DNA from: Octopus bimaculoides
Lineage: Eukaryota
Reading direction: 5' to 3'
DNA length: 64,000 bases
NCBI RefSeq assembly: GCF_001194135.2
Contig: NC_068989.1
Location: 79,657,612 to 79,721,611, forward strand
The notes beneath the pieces are model-generated. The model did no database searches. It had not been told where the DNA came from and saw nothing but the letters and a program-made list of their open reading frames with translations. Made by a program: the position numbers and the translations under genes. Positions 23,945-36,845 of the stretch are shown in pieces (positions within the stretch are counted from its first letter, which is position 1; every line of letters starts with the position of its first letter).

Positions 23945-26100
23945 AAATTTTGATACAAGGCCACCAGTTTTAAGGGTGGTCATCAGTCGATTAGATCAAC
24001 CCTAGTATTTAACAGGTACATTATATTGTCAACCGGAAAGGATGAGAGGCAACGGTGACCTCAGCACTATTTCAATTCTAAATATAAAGAACCGGTAGAA
24101 ATGCTGCTAAGCATTTTGTCCGACGACCTGACGACTCTGCCACCTTACTACTTTAGTTTTCTTTATATAATAACATTTTGTGTATTCTAATTCTGAGTTC
24201 ACTTGGTTTCGTGGGATCACATTATATGAATTTCCCGATGTTAGATTTTCTAGGAAATTTGTAAGAAACCTCAAAAATATATGGACCAAGAATATCTTTC
24301 AGTCTAGACTTGATGATAGGGATGAAGAACATTTGAAGAAAATTCCCTAAACATTCGAACAACTGATTTACTAAAATGTATATTAATTATACTGAGTCAG
24401 ATCAGTTTAGCATTTAGAGAATCAAAGTGTATGACCATGGGGGTTCTCTTTGTAATGTGATTTCGGTTCATTCCCACTAAGGGCAAACTCAGGTGAGTAT
24501 TTTCTTTTACTATAGCCACTGACCGACAAATATTTTTGACTGAACTTTGTTGGAAACTGTTAGTGAATCTGTTGTGAGTGTATGTATCTCTCATACTTTT
24601 GGGGCTGATAAAATAAGTTCGATTCGAACACAAGGGTCGATGTAATTTACTTAACCCCTCGTCCATAATTGTTGGCTCTTTCCAAAATTTGAAACCAACA
24701 TTACACGGCATTGAAAGGTGGCAAGTTAGCAGAATCGTTAGCACACTGGGAAAAACGCTTAATAACACTTCTTCCGGTTTTACTGTTTTATAATCTGGTT
24801 TCATGTTCAAGTTTTGGTTTCAATTTGCTGAGGTCGATTTTGTCTCAGATCGTTTCAGGGTCGATAAAATGAATACCAATTGATCACTAAGTTCGATGTA
24901 ATCGACTACCTCTGCCCCAAATTGCTGGCCTCGTGCCAAAATTTGAAACCAGTGTTACACGTCATTTATCAAGGCACTTTATTTTATTCCGCATCCCATT
25001 GCGCTTTGTTGGGGAACATATTACAAAGGAAAAAAAAGAGAATATATACTACTATCTTAGTCGAAAGTTTCTGGAGCTTCAGTCCATATTTTCCTCTGCC
25101 ATTTTGATGAGTGATATTTGAAGAGACGCTAAATAGTCACGTGATACCAATTTCATGCAGCTAGAAGAAACGAAGTGTATGACTTGATAATACATAATAT
25201 AAAATATATGTTTGCATTACAACCGGTGGTTCAGGAGTGCATCTATTCGGTAATTTACATAGTAAACTGTGAAATGTTTATCGAGATTTACATATAAATA
25301 AGGTAATAAAATTTCGCATGAAATTGTTAATATTGATTTAATGAGCATTTATGGAGTTACAACTTGATAATATTGTTTCAGAGACTAAGGCGGTGAGGTG
25401 GAGTAATCGTTAGCAGGCGGTGTAAAATGCTAATTGTCATTTCACCCGTCCCTACACTCTGAGTTCATATTCTTATTTCTTTATTGCTTACAAGGGGCTA
25501 AACATAGAGGCGGACAAACAAGAACAGACAAAGGGATTACATCGACCCCAGTGCGTAACTGGTACTTAATTTATCGACCCCGAAAGGATGAAAGGCAAAG
25601 TCGACCTCGGCGGAATTTGAACTCAGAATGTAACGGCAGACGAAATACTGCTAAGCATTTCGCCCGGCGGGGTAACGTTTCTGCCAGCTCGCTCTGCGTT
25701 CATATTCTGCTGAGGTCAACTTAGCTTTTCATCATTTCGGGGTCGATAAAATAAATACTAGTTGAGCACAAGGGTCGATGTAATCGACTTATCTTTCCCT
25801 TAAAAATTGCTTACCTTGCGCCAAAATTTTAGATCATTAATTCAGACACTAAAACGGTGAACTGGTAGAAATGTTAGGACGTGGGGCAAAATACTTAGCG
25901 GTCTTTACGTTCTGAATTCAAATTCCGCCGTGGTTGAATTTGCATTTTATCGCCATTGAATTTGCATTGAATTTGCATTTCATCCCCATCCCCTTCCGGG
26001 GTTGGGGATGAAATAAGTACAAGTTGAACACAGGGGTCGATGTAATCGACTATCCTTCACCCCTGAACTCGATGCCCAAATACCAAAATTTGAAACCTAT
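23945..26100. mobile_element. Cluster of about 7 SINE family A copies or fragments in both orientations (about 23945-24150 -, 24600-24705 -, 24715-24955 +, 25385-25470 +, 25470-25695 -, 25700-25835 +, 25845-26100 +)
   Basis: Recurrent core CTTT(C)ATC.TTTCGGGGTCGATAAA and its reverse complement. Confidence 0.85.
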
Positions 26101-26771
26101 ATTATTTCAGAGACTAGAATAATTTACTAATTGTAAAGGCTTCTCGCAGTCGTATTTATGTTATGTGAGCAGCAAGATTGCTGCTCACATAACATAACAA
26201 GTCAGCCATAAAAATTCGCCAATAAAACAAGTGTTTTAATGAAAGAAAAATAATTTGTGAGAATCTGATCAAGTAGAAATAGAAAAGACATGGAAGCAAC
26301 AAAAGACACGGAAGAAATATTTGTCTTGAAGTCAATATTTTCAAGCATAACGAGTAAATTAAATATAAATTAGAATGCTTGAATCGAATCTGCTTACCAT
26401 TTACTGGTGAGGAAATGGATGGCAACAGATATTAATGTTCATGAAATGTCAAGAAAGACATTCCGAGATTATGGGAAAAAGTAATTAAATTTCTGTTAAT
26501 TTGAGATAAATTTAGATATTTTAGAGATAGAGAAAGAGAGTGGGGAAAGAGAAGAGGGGAACAAAGAAATGGAGTAGCGGCAACGTGGAGAGAGAAGACA
26601 GAATATAATGATACACGTAAAAAGTCTGTGAATAAATTTGTGTAAATTTAGTCATTATAATTTTGCTTTTGTGGGGCGATGGAAACCAAAGAAACAAGGA
26701 GAAACATTATGTGTGCTTTTATCGTTTACACTCTCTTTCTTTCTCTCTCACACACACATTCATATATATAT

Positions 26772-26804
<33 letters not shown>

Positions 26805-28379
26805 NNNNNNNNNNNNNNNNNNNNNNNNNNNNNNNNNNNNNNNNNNNNATATATGTATATATATATACATGTATATATATATAATAGAAATATGTTTCAG
26901 AAAGAAAATAGAAACTACACGTGGAAAAGATATGGGGAAAGTAAGAAGAAAAAAAGCGAAAATACACATTGATATTAAAAAAATAAAGGCTTTTTTAATG
27001 AAAAGTAGCGATAAATAAATACAATTAGATGAACTAAGGTAGAATTAAGAGGAATTAAATTCATTATTTTGAATTATGTATATAGACATACATACATTCG
27101 ATGGGCTTTTTTAGTTTCCGTCTACCAAATCCACGCACAATGCTTTGATCTATAGTTAAAAAAAGAAAGAGAAAAATCTGACCTGGGTGCCACGCAGTTG
27201 GACTGAAATTTATTTCAGAAGTTAACGCCTTGAAATTTGAAGTTTGAAGCATAGTAAGTAAGATAATATTGTTTATAATGATTTAAAGTTAAATATCTTT
27301 GATAAATCATTGTGGGACTCCATTCTATCCAACCAAATGGCACACTCAGTTGTGCGTGACATCTGCATCCTATTTAAGTGGCATTTTGCATCTGATCCAT
27401 TCTATCAGAGACACTGGCCAAATATCGCAGAATCTACATTAAAAAATGATTTTATTTTGTGCGATCCTTAACGACTTTACAAAATTCATACTATTCATGT
27501 CATACTAGGATTCTGAATTGTAACGATACTTAGGAAGTTCTCAATGAATGGCCATAAAAAATATAGCTAATCTTCGTCTGAGCTATATTTCTCAACATAT
27601 TTTGAGATGTTCTATACACCAGACAATCCAAGGTTTAAAAAGAAAACATAAATACAACACTAGCTTTTATTTATTTAAATGGTTTAATATAGCTGGACTA
27701 TGCGTCGGTAAGACTGCAGTTAAATAAGCGAATAAGCGAATGAACGTCGTAGAAGGTGATTAATACGTGGTCTCCATGTGATTTGCTATACAACAAATAT
27801 TAATCGACAATTCCTTAGTCTAAGTCTGCAAATATTATTTTTTCTAAGGAAATTTTCTCCAATTTTATTGACAGTGTATAGAAAATATTAATCTGTTAAA
27901 TAGTTTTCAATCTCTGATTACAACAGCTGTTAAATAAACATCAGCTGAGACTGATGAATTTCTTTATGTTATAATACAAAGACAAAGACAAGAAAAAATT
28001 AAATTATCACATTCATTGGTTATTCAGGTTTCTAAAACGTGTTTTGATTTATTAAATTTCTACTCAACTAATCAAAGTTGTATTTCAACAAATTCTCACC
28101 ATGCTATAGTCTGTCAACTGTTTTAAAGATTGGGAAGATATTATATAACAATTTTATCCAATCAATATAAAATTTAATGTGATTTCAATACCATATAAAG
28201 TTGATTTACATACGTTTGTTTTTGTACTTACTCATATAGTTATAGCATTATCACCCACCATTACATTTGATAGCTGTTTATCACCCCATCATATAAACCT
28301 TTATTTTTTTTTTCAAACCTGGTGTAATATATACGTCATATACACACAAAAAATACACACATACATATTTACATAAATA

Positions 28380-28544
28380 CAGGCATGGCTAACAGCTTCG
28401 ATTCTGTTCTCTCAATCACGTAATTTCGGGACCAGCCCCGACGACTGTGCGGTGCTTTGGTAAGTGTTTCTAATATAGGCCCGAGTCAACCAAAGATTTG
28501 TGAGTTTGGTAGACGGAAACGGTGTGGAATCCCATCGTATATGC

Positions 28545-28618
<74 letters not shown>
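28380..28618 (+). mobile_element. Diverged SINE family B 5' half, running into (TG)n and a gap
   Basis: TAAGTGTTTCTAATATAGGCCCGAGTCAACCAAAG..GGTAGACGGAAAC motif. Confidence 0.75.
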
Positions 28619-28941
28619 NNNNNNNNNNNNNNNNNNNNNNNNNNNNNNNNNNNNNNNNNNNNNNNNNNNNNNNNNNNNNNNNNNNNNNNNNNNNNNNNNN
28701 NNNNNNNNNNNNNNNNNNNNNNNNNNNNNNNNNNNNNNNNNNNNNNNNNNNNNNNNNNNNNNNNNNNNNNNNNNNNNNNNNNNNNNNNNNNNNNNNNNNN
28801 NNNNNNNNNNNNNNNNNNNNNNNNNNNNNNNNNNNNNNNNNNNNNNNNNNNNNNNNNNNNNNNNNNNNNNNNNNNNNNNNNNNNNNNNNNNNNNNNNNNN
28901 NNNNNNNNNNNNNNNNNNNNNNNNNNNNNNNNNNNNNNNNN

Positions 28942-29110
28942 CGACAAGCACTTCTTTCAAATTCCGCCTTCCAAATACACTCACAAGGCTTTGGTCAGCT
29001 CGAGGCTATAATAGAAGATACATGTCCAAGGTATCACGCAGTGGCACTGAACCCGGAACCATATGGTTGGTAAGCAAGCTTTTTTACCACATAGCCACTC
29101 CTGCGCCTAA
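28942..29110 (-). mobile_element. SINE family B 5' half
   Basis: CACAAGGCTTTGGTC..GAGGCTATAATAGAAGA..GAACCCGGAACCATATGGTTGG..CCACTCCTGCGCCTA. Confidence 0.88.
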
Positions 29111-29117
29111 AATTGAT

Positions 29118-29190
29118 GCCTCCCCTGCGGGTGAGTCGAACCCCACTCTCCCGCATGACAGGTAACACCATAAACCCACTCAGAGCTATT
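29118..29190 (-). pseudogene. tRNA-Asp(GTC)-like sequence, probably a pseudogene or solo SINE head
   Basis: Minus strand ACCTGTCATGCGGGAGAGTGGGGTTCGACTCACCCGCAGGGGAG resembles the 3' half of eukaryotic tRNA-Asp; the 5' acceptor strand does not pair. Confidence 0.55.
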
Positions 29191-29780
29191 CTTAAACATT
29201 ATATATAACAAATTCTTACTTCCTTATGATTTATAACTGTGAGATGAGTTTAATCTAGATTCAACAAACAAGATGAGTTCAGGCGCGAGTCTACACCCTT
29301 TAGTAATACATCTTGCCATGAAAGGTGACCTCTGAATTACTGAGCAATGCGGAATAAAGTTAACACGGTGATATCTTTGAATGTTAAGCAAAACACTATT
29401 TTCACACATTTCAAGCAAATAAACGTGCAACGCCCATTTCTCCCAACGAACTACATCCAGAGTAAAACAGCTACACCTTTTCCTATAAGTGTAAAGCCTG
29501 AAATTATCTGTTAAAAGTGTCATGGATCATCCACAATCTTTGTATAGACGTGTTTAGATCAGTAAAGCTTGGATTTACATTTTAGGCCAGAAAATACCTC
29601 ACCCCTGAAAACAACCGATGCTAATTTGTAACGTACAAATACGTCCTACGCTAGCTTACTGCTTAGATAAACGGCCTAGTATAGACATACGCGCGCGCGC
29701 TCACGTATATATGTGTATATGGCCGCAGTCAAATGACTGAAATAAATAAAAGAATAGAAGAATATATATATGCATATATA

Positions 29781-29813
<33 letters not shown>

Positions 29814-30203
29814 NNNNNNNNNNNNNNNNNNNNNNNNNNNNNNNNNNNNNNNNNNNNNNNNNNNNNNNNNNNNNNNNNNNNNNNNNNNNNNNNNNNNNNN
29901 NNNNNNNNNNNNNNNNNNNNNNNNNNNNNNNNNNNNNNNNNNNNNNNNNNNNNNNNNNNNNNNNNNNNNNNNNNNNNNNNNNNNNNNNNNNNNNNNNNNN
30001 NNNNNNNNNNNNNNNNNNNNNNNNNNNNNNNNNNNNNNNNNNNNNNNNNNNNNNNNNNNNNNNNNNNNNNNNNNNNNNNNNNNNNNNNNNNNNNNNNNNN
30101 NNNNNNNNNNNNNNNNNNNNNNNNNNNNNNNNNNNNNNNNNNNNNNNNNNNNNNNNNNNNNNNNNNNNNNNNNNNNNNNNNNNNNNNNNNNNNNNNNNNN
30201 NNN

Positions 30204-30268
<65 letters not shown>
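30204..30268. repeat. (GA)n microsatellite with GACA variants
   Basis: Seen directly. Confidence 0.97.
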
Positions 30269-30269
<1 letters not shown>

Positions 30270-30840
30270 AATTGTAAAGATATCATTATAATTAAGGGCA
30301 CTGGAGGAACAGCGTCTAAGCTAGAGATAGACGTCAAAGGAATATAAACCACTTTGAATTTACACTCCGTTAGCATAAGTTTGAATTCGAAGAAAATGGA
30401 TAAAGATCTCTTAAAACCTTGGTTAACCCGAAATCTTCATATTTCTGGTTTAGTAATAAATACTCTATTTTTATCAGTAGTGTATACGTACCGTACATAA
30501 ATGAAAATACATATATATGCCCTATACAATACCCTTAATTCTGTATACATGTATATATATATATATATATGTGTGTGTGATATATGTGTGTATGTGTGTG
30601 TATGTGTGTGTATGTTTATATGTATGTATTTGTATATTTATGTTAGAATTTTTTTTAATAATTAAGAAGTAAAACAAAAATGAACTCATTACACGCATAC
30701 TTTTCTTTTCTTGAATTGATATTACACTCTGTATTCTCCTGACATTTTAATCTAACCATGAATATATTTGAGTTCTAACAACGGGTTATTAATATCGTTC
30801 TGCCTAAACGATATCATAAAATATAAATATTCATGTCACT

Positions 30841-31011
30841 TAACCGTACGCACACAGCTCACATACACAACACAATCACCCACACATATACATATAGAAT
30901 ATTGATCAGAAGCACGTAAAACCTGCACTAACGGTACGCACACGCAAATCACATACACAACACAAACACCTACACGTATATATATAGAATATTGATCAGA
31001 AGCACGTAAAA
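30841..31011. repeat. Tandem duplication with 90-bp period
   Basis: ATTGATCAGAAGCACGTAAAA starts at both 30901 and 30991; upstream parts also align. Confidence 0.9.
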
Positions 31012-31190
31012 GAAAGACACATTCTATGCATCACAAGATACGCAAATACGGGGACGAATCGGAAGTTGCAGTGGCTTATATTTTAAATGTGCTCAGTTAG
31101 CGCCCATATTCCACAAAAGACTTCGTTATAAGTATCAAGTTTACTCATATACTTAAGGGAAACTAAATGTTCGCTCCCCCAATAACAAAA

Positions 31191-31478
31191 TACAGTGATA
31201 CCTCACTTTACGAGGACTCGCTTTACGAGACTCCAGGTTTACAAGTTTTATTTTATAATATACATAAAAAGGTTAAACAGACATTTTGAGTATGTGACAA
31301 CGTCGCAACATGTGGCAACGTCGCAACACTGGTTCTGACGCGTCTGCACAGCGGTGAAGTAAAATGACGGCATAAAATTTCATTGCTACTATGGGAAATT
31401 CTCGCTCTGTTTTACGAGTTTTCGCTTTACGAGTTATCTCCGCGAATAAATTAACTCGTATAACGAGGCATTATTGTA
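31191..31478. mobile_element. Tigger/pogo-like MITE (284 bp between TA dinucleotides)
   Basis: TIRs CAGTGATACCTCACTTTACGAG and (reverse complement) CAATAATGCCTCGTTATACGAG, 6 mismatches in 22; repeated subterminal TTTACGAG; internal 16-bp duplication CAACGTCGCAACA. Confidence 0.8.
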
Positions 31479-31924
31479 TTGTTGCATTTGGTCTGTGTAG
31501 TTTATAACACCCCTGTCACTAGTTGTATAATGAATTGCGCTGAATGGTTGGGAAGTAGTGGAAGAGTGACACAATAATGACCTGAGGCAAGCAACATTTC
31601 ACCTGCAAACAGCCATTTTATTACATTCTTTGGTATCTCCTCCAGAGGAATTATGTTCTTTCTTCATTGTGGTCCTTAAGTGGTACCTTATTTCACATAT
31701 TATTCGAATCGATTCACTCTAAGTCTTTCTTTGTGTTCACCTGTCTACTTATATAAACCCATGTTATTCTTACACATTCTTCTGAGAGAGGTTACGCTTA
31801 ATATTGAGAGTTTTATAAAACCTATTATTTTGTCTCATTTAATTTACACAGAAATTTCTGTAATTTCCTTACAGTTCATCATGATCGATGTATATATTTT
31901 CCAAATTATAAAGAATAAAAGGTA

Positions 31925-31990
31925 AATCGAACACACAAGCTCACGACTGTGGGCCCGATGCACTAACAACTGAGCCATGCGCCTTCACTT
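31925..31990 (-). mobile_element. Solo head of SINE family D
   Basis: Reverse complement AAGTGAAGGCGCATGGCTCAGTTGTTAGTGC matches the head at 4554. Confidence 0.75.
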
Positions 31991-32096
31991 TCCAAATTAT
32001 ATGTGCATACAAACGGACATGGACATTGGATGTTACTTAGACAATCGATCTTATTAGAATGGTTTAACGAAGAATAATTTGCTTACCATTTTTGTA

Positions 32097-32149
<53 letters not shown>

Positions 32150-32294
32150 TTCTTTCTCTCTAATACATATATAGACATATATACTGATTCTCACATTCCC
32201 ACACGCACATGTATTATGTATGCATGTATGCATGTATATACGTATGTGTGTGTGTGTGTGTGTGCATACGTATATACACACAAACACATATGGT

Positions 32295-32720
32295 GATTGC
32301 TTCATCTTTACATATGATTACCGCTTCCTTGAGATTCTTTCTTGTCAAAGGCATTTCTCTCTTTCTGTCCATGACTTCCCAGTTGACTATTCGGTGCCGC
32401 TGCATACATCTGCATGATTCGAAGTATAGGTGGTTGTAAACCTACTATGCATTTACAATAACTTGGTTCTGTACGGGTCACCACTCTTCCATCACCATAG
32501 GATTTTCAGTAGATGGAATGACAAATAGAGCAACCATTAGGAGACATCTTTCCGCCATTGGATTATAGCTGTAGACTCACCGAAGCGAGAATGCCAAAAA
32601 TCCCATGAAACCGCTGTTTTTACATCAGAGAATCTCTCACTCAGAAAGAAACTGTCAACAACTTCTGGTCCCTCATTCCCGATGGTTTCATTAACGCTCT
32701 GTCCCCAACCAAATGTATTT
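32295..32720 (-). mobile_element. Possible decayed Penelope-like element (GIY-YIG region)
   Basis: HRIVNWEVMDRKREMPLTRKNLKEAVII resembles the H.I.W...I.D....R...EA..I tail of Penelope GIY-YIG; upstream LSERFS and SYGDGRVVTR loosely fit. Confidence 0.3.
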
Positions 32721-33520
32721 CAGAGTCATGCATACATACATACATACGTACGTACATTCAATAATACATACGTATGTATCTATATATTTGTGTAGTGTAA
32801 ATATGGAATAAATTTTCTGACAGATATATGTTGTGGTAAGCCACAGCTGTGTACGCTTATAATTCTTGTTATTAAAGATTTTCTTTCATATTTTTTTTAT
32901 TGATCCGATAGTTCCAAATCCAAAAGAATTGCAAGGACAGTTTGGTTTCATCATCTCAACATAATGATAGCATTATTGACCTGTTATTCATATTCTTAAC
33001 TATAAGTCACAAAGACAGTGATAATATCATTGTTATTGGTGGTCTTCAAATTGCTCAACGTTTAACATCAGGTATATTCATCGATATACTGCTGTATCTG
33101 TATATTGATCATTGCTAATAAAGCTTCTACAGTTAATCACATTTTTCTAGAGTTGTATATTGAATGGATGATTTATCAGCTAATGATTTTCTATATTATG
33201 ATTCAACCTCTTACATCAGAGACTCAAGCTTGACATTTACTCGTTGGCTGGCTATGGTATTTATAATATGATACCATTGCAACAATAATATTGTACACGA
33301 AATTAAATAGAGATATGGCACGGTCTTATATATTATAGTGATTTGCATTCATATTGTAATTCATAATTAATGCCTCTAATTCTATTTTCCTATATACTGA
33401 GTATTTATGTCTTGTAAGAAAAAAAATTAATCATTTGCCATACAAACAAGAGATTAGCATAGTGGTATTTTTGTTCCCCTCACTTACGAAACAATAAAGA
33501 AAAAACACTGGTAATATATA

Positions 33521-33690
33521 GGCGTAGGAGTGGCTGTATGCTAAGGAGCTTGCTTACCAACCACATGGTTCCGGGATCATTCCCACAGCGTGGCACTCTG
33601 GGCAAGTGTCTCTACTATAGCCTCGGGCCGACCAAAGCCTTGTGAATTAATCTGGTAGGCGAAAACTGAAAGAAGCCTATCGTATATATG

Positions 33691-33733
<43 letters not shown>

Positions 33734-33973
33734 TGTGTGTGTGTGTGTGTGTGTGTGTATGTTTGCGTGTCTGTGTTTGTCCCCCCCAACATCGCTTGAC
33801 AACCGATAATGGTGTGTTTACGTCCCTGTGACCTAGCGGTTCGGCAGAAAGAGACGGATAGTGTAAGTACTAGGCTTACAAAGAATAAGTCCTGGGGTCG
33901 ATCTGCTCGACTGAAGGCGGTGCTCCAGCATGGCCGCAGTCAAAAGGCCGAAACAAATAAAAGAGCAAAAAAG
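33521..33973 (+). mobile_element. SINE family B, full length (reference copy)
   Basis: tRNA-like head, CORE-like GGGCAAGTGTCTCTACTATAGCC, internal (TA)n(TG)n, tail CCAGCATGGCCGCAGTCAAA..GAAACAAATAAAAGAG. Confidence 0.92.
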
Positions 33974-33994
33974 TATATATAGTAATAGAGTAAG

Positions 33995-34210
33995 GCACTA
34001 AGCGGTCAGAATTTTTAATGCGCCGGGCAAAACGCATTTCATCCACCTTTACGCTCTGAATTCAAATTCTGTCTAGGTCAGCTTTACTTTTCATCCTTTC
34101 GGGGTCGATAAAATTAGTACCAGTTGAGAACTGGAGTTCGGCATAATCGATGTACCTCCATACCTCCACCGAGCTTTCTGGCCTTGTGTCAACACTTGAA
34201 ACCAATACAT
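33995..34210 (+). mobile_element. SINE family A, tail type A3
   Basis: Core CTTTCATCCTTTCGGGGTCGATAAAA; tail CTGGCCTTGTGTCAACACTTGAAACCAAT. Confidence 0.85.
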
Positions 34211-34398
34211 AGTAAATAAGTAGAAATGTTATTTTGCTATTAATAGTAAAATTATTAGTAATATGGATTTTTGGTTCCTTGTCATAGGGGTGAACATCCG
34301 TTCATAGGAGAGACTGTATTGATTCTAAAATTCCTACCGAAATATTATGAACCTCTAGGAATGTGCGACGGTGGTTGTAAACTTGATATGGGATAAAT

Positions 34399-34937
34399 GC
34401 GGATCTCTTCAGTTTGGCTCACATATTTTTTAATCATTTTTTTTTATCTAAACAGTTTCAAACTTCGTATACTGGTGTAATTTCTCACGCTGAACACGAT
34501 TTACTTTCAGCATTTTTGACAAAATTTCGTATTTTAGAAGTTATTTCTTGTTAAAGTGTCGTATTTGGGTAATTTGAACCAATCAGAGACGTGTATTCAG
34601 CTGAAGAAAACTATTGCTGTTTGCGATAGTAATCGAAGAGCAACAAATTCCAGGTCATCAAAATACATTTAGTGGAGATGACGCGGCAGCTGTTGCTCTT
34701 CGAGTACTATGACAGACAGCAGTAGGTTTCTTAAGCTGAATACACGTCGCTGATTGGTTAAAATTACCCAAATACGACAACTTTAACACGAAATAACTTC
34801 TAAAATACGAAAATTTGTCAAAAATGTTGAAAGTAAACCATGTTCCGCGTGAAAAATTACATCAGTATAGGAAGTTTCGAACTGTTTAGTTAAAAATAAA
34901 TATTAAGAAATTTGTGAGCCAAACTGAAGACATCCAT
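34399..34937. mobile_element. 539-bp fold-back MITE with 247-bp inverted arms and a 45-bp spacer
   Basis: 34399-34645 is the reverse complement of 34691-34937 (for example TCTTCAGTTTGGCTCACA / TGTGAGCCAAACTGAAGA; TTTTAGAAGTTATTTC / GAAATAACTTCTAAAA). Possible AAAT TSD at 34395-34398 and 34938-34941. Confidence 0.9.
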
Positions 34938-35630
34938 AAATACATGTCGGAACTTGGGCATAAAGAGAATGTCGAGTAAAAATACATCAGTCGAAATGGT
35001 TGAAATTAAACGTCTTCATAGCGCAACCGACTGAGCCTTGTCATATAACACCGCTCCGAATTTCACGAAAAGAGATGCCATTAATTATATTTTGCAAAGA
35101 GATGAGAAAAGGAAAAAATAGATCCTTTGAAAACATTTTGATACATAAGTAAATTTCAAAATAACTTTTCTTCAGCTGCTACTACTCAAACTACTTCTAC
35201 GACTGCTAGCAGTTCCTTAAACTTAATTGAATCGTGAACGACGAATTTATCTTAAAGAAATGCTTGTGTTATGTACTGCCATAATTTATCTTCTGTCAAA
35301 TTAAAAATACTTTAATGTAATATTATGTTTAATAAACACTACGTGTGTTGTACTGAAGTAACCCAAAGAGTTTTAAATAGCTATATGTAAATGTTAAGCT
35401 CTTGCAGGATGAAAGGAAAATTAACGAAAAGAAAATTTTATGCAATAAATGCGTGCTAATATTCCCCCTCCCATCACTAACGAAAGGATAATAGTAATAT
35501 AGATTCTAGCAAGGTAATTCTCTCACTTAGAAGTAAATAACCAATCAACGAAAAGATTGCATGCGCATGCATGCTAGTATGCAGCCGTGTATGTGTATGT
35601 CTCTGTGTATAAATATATCTCTCTAAGAGA

Positions 35631-35672
<42 letters not shown>

Positions 35673-36073
35673 TGCATTTTTATATGAATGTATATGTGAG
35701 CCTGTATATATGTGCGTAAATATTTGACGTATGTTTATGTATTTACATATATTATATATTCATATATGTCCATATATATTCAAATACATATTATTTTGAT
35801 GTCGCCGTTCCAAAACCTATATGTATGTATATCGTTGCTATTATGCAAAAGTCTCCTAAGTCCAAAATGTTGCTTTTTTCGAAAACGAAAAAATAGTTTC
35901 ACCATTCCATAGCAAAACTGTTGTAGTTCACTGGAAATTTTTCATATCTTGGCATCTAAAGCAGCTGAAGATACGATAGTTTGACCAAAAGAACAGACTA
36001 TTGCAAACAGCAATAAATATTGAAAAAAAAAAACGCATTTGCCCAATTTGAGACATACAACAGTTTAACATAA

Positions 36074-36118
<45 letters not shown>

Positions 36119-36253
36119 CAAAAGAATTCCAACTCTGCCTGTCTTTTATGTTTAATTTGTATTCTTATAATATTAATGTAGGATATAGAATATATAATAT
36201 ACATAGTAAAATGAAATGAAGTATTGCTTGTTTTATTGAATAAATGGAATATA

Positions 36254-36298
<45 letters not shown>

Positions 36299-36845
36299 TT
36301 GTTTTTTTATATCATTACTCTTTATCGATAAAAAAAACGTGCTATTTCATTTTCGTGAGTAAGGAGCTATCTGCATTTCATTTATATTGCAATACCCCAT
36401 TTAAAATACAGATTCGCTCTTTACCATTTTCTTCAATTCAACAAATGTGACTCCTTATGAAAAACATGAAAGAGTGACATATAACGAGAAACGTTGAGTG
36501 TGCGTAATTGCATAGAAGAATGACTTCGTAGGGTTTTTATTTGAGCAGATGTATGCGTGTGATATGACGAATTTGATTTCAGATTTATTTGCAAAACAAT
36601 GATTCTGCTGTGCCAAAATTATTTTGACTTGTTTAGTAGGAAAGAATATGGCAAATCTAATTAACACTGAGAGATTCAAATAAAGAGAGACAAAAACATT
36701 GGCAAAAACACGTGTGAAATGTAGATGATATGAAGTTTACAAGCATGAAAGTATTTTGTCTCTTGACTTTTAGAATGTTTAAGATATCTGGCTTTATTTT
36801 ATTAAGTTATTTCTATTAGAAATAAGATTCATTTACTTTTGTCAT

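Noticed and set aside
32580-32697. Minus-strand exon-like frame SVNETIGNEGPEVVDSFFLSERFSDVKTAVSWDFWHSRF with a GTGAGT donor
   Set aside because: G-rich poor acceptor; lies inside the putative Penelope-like remnant.
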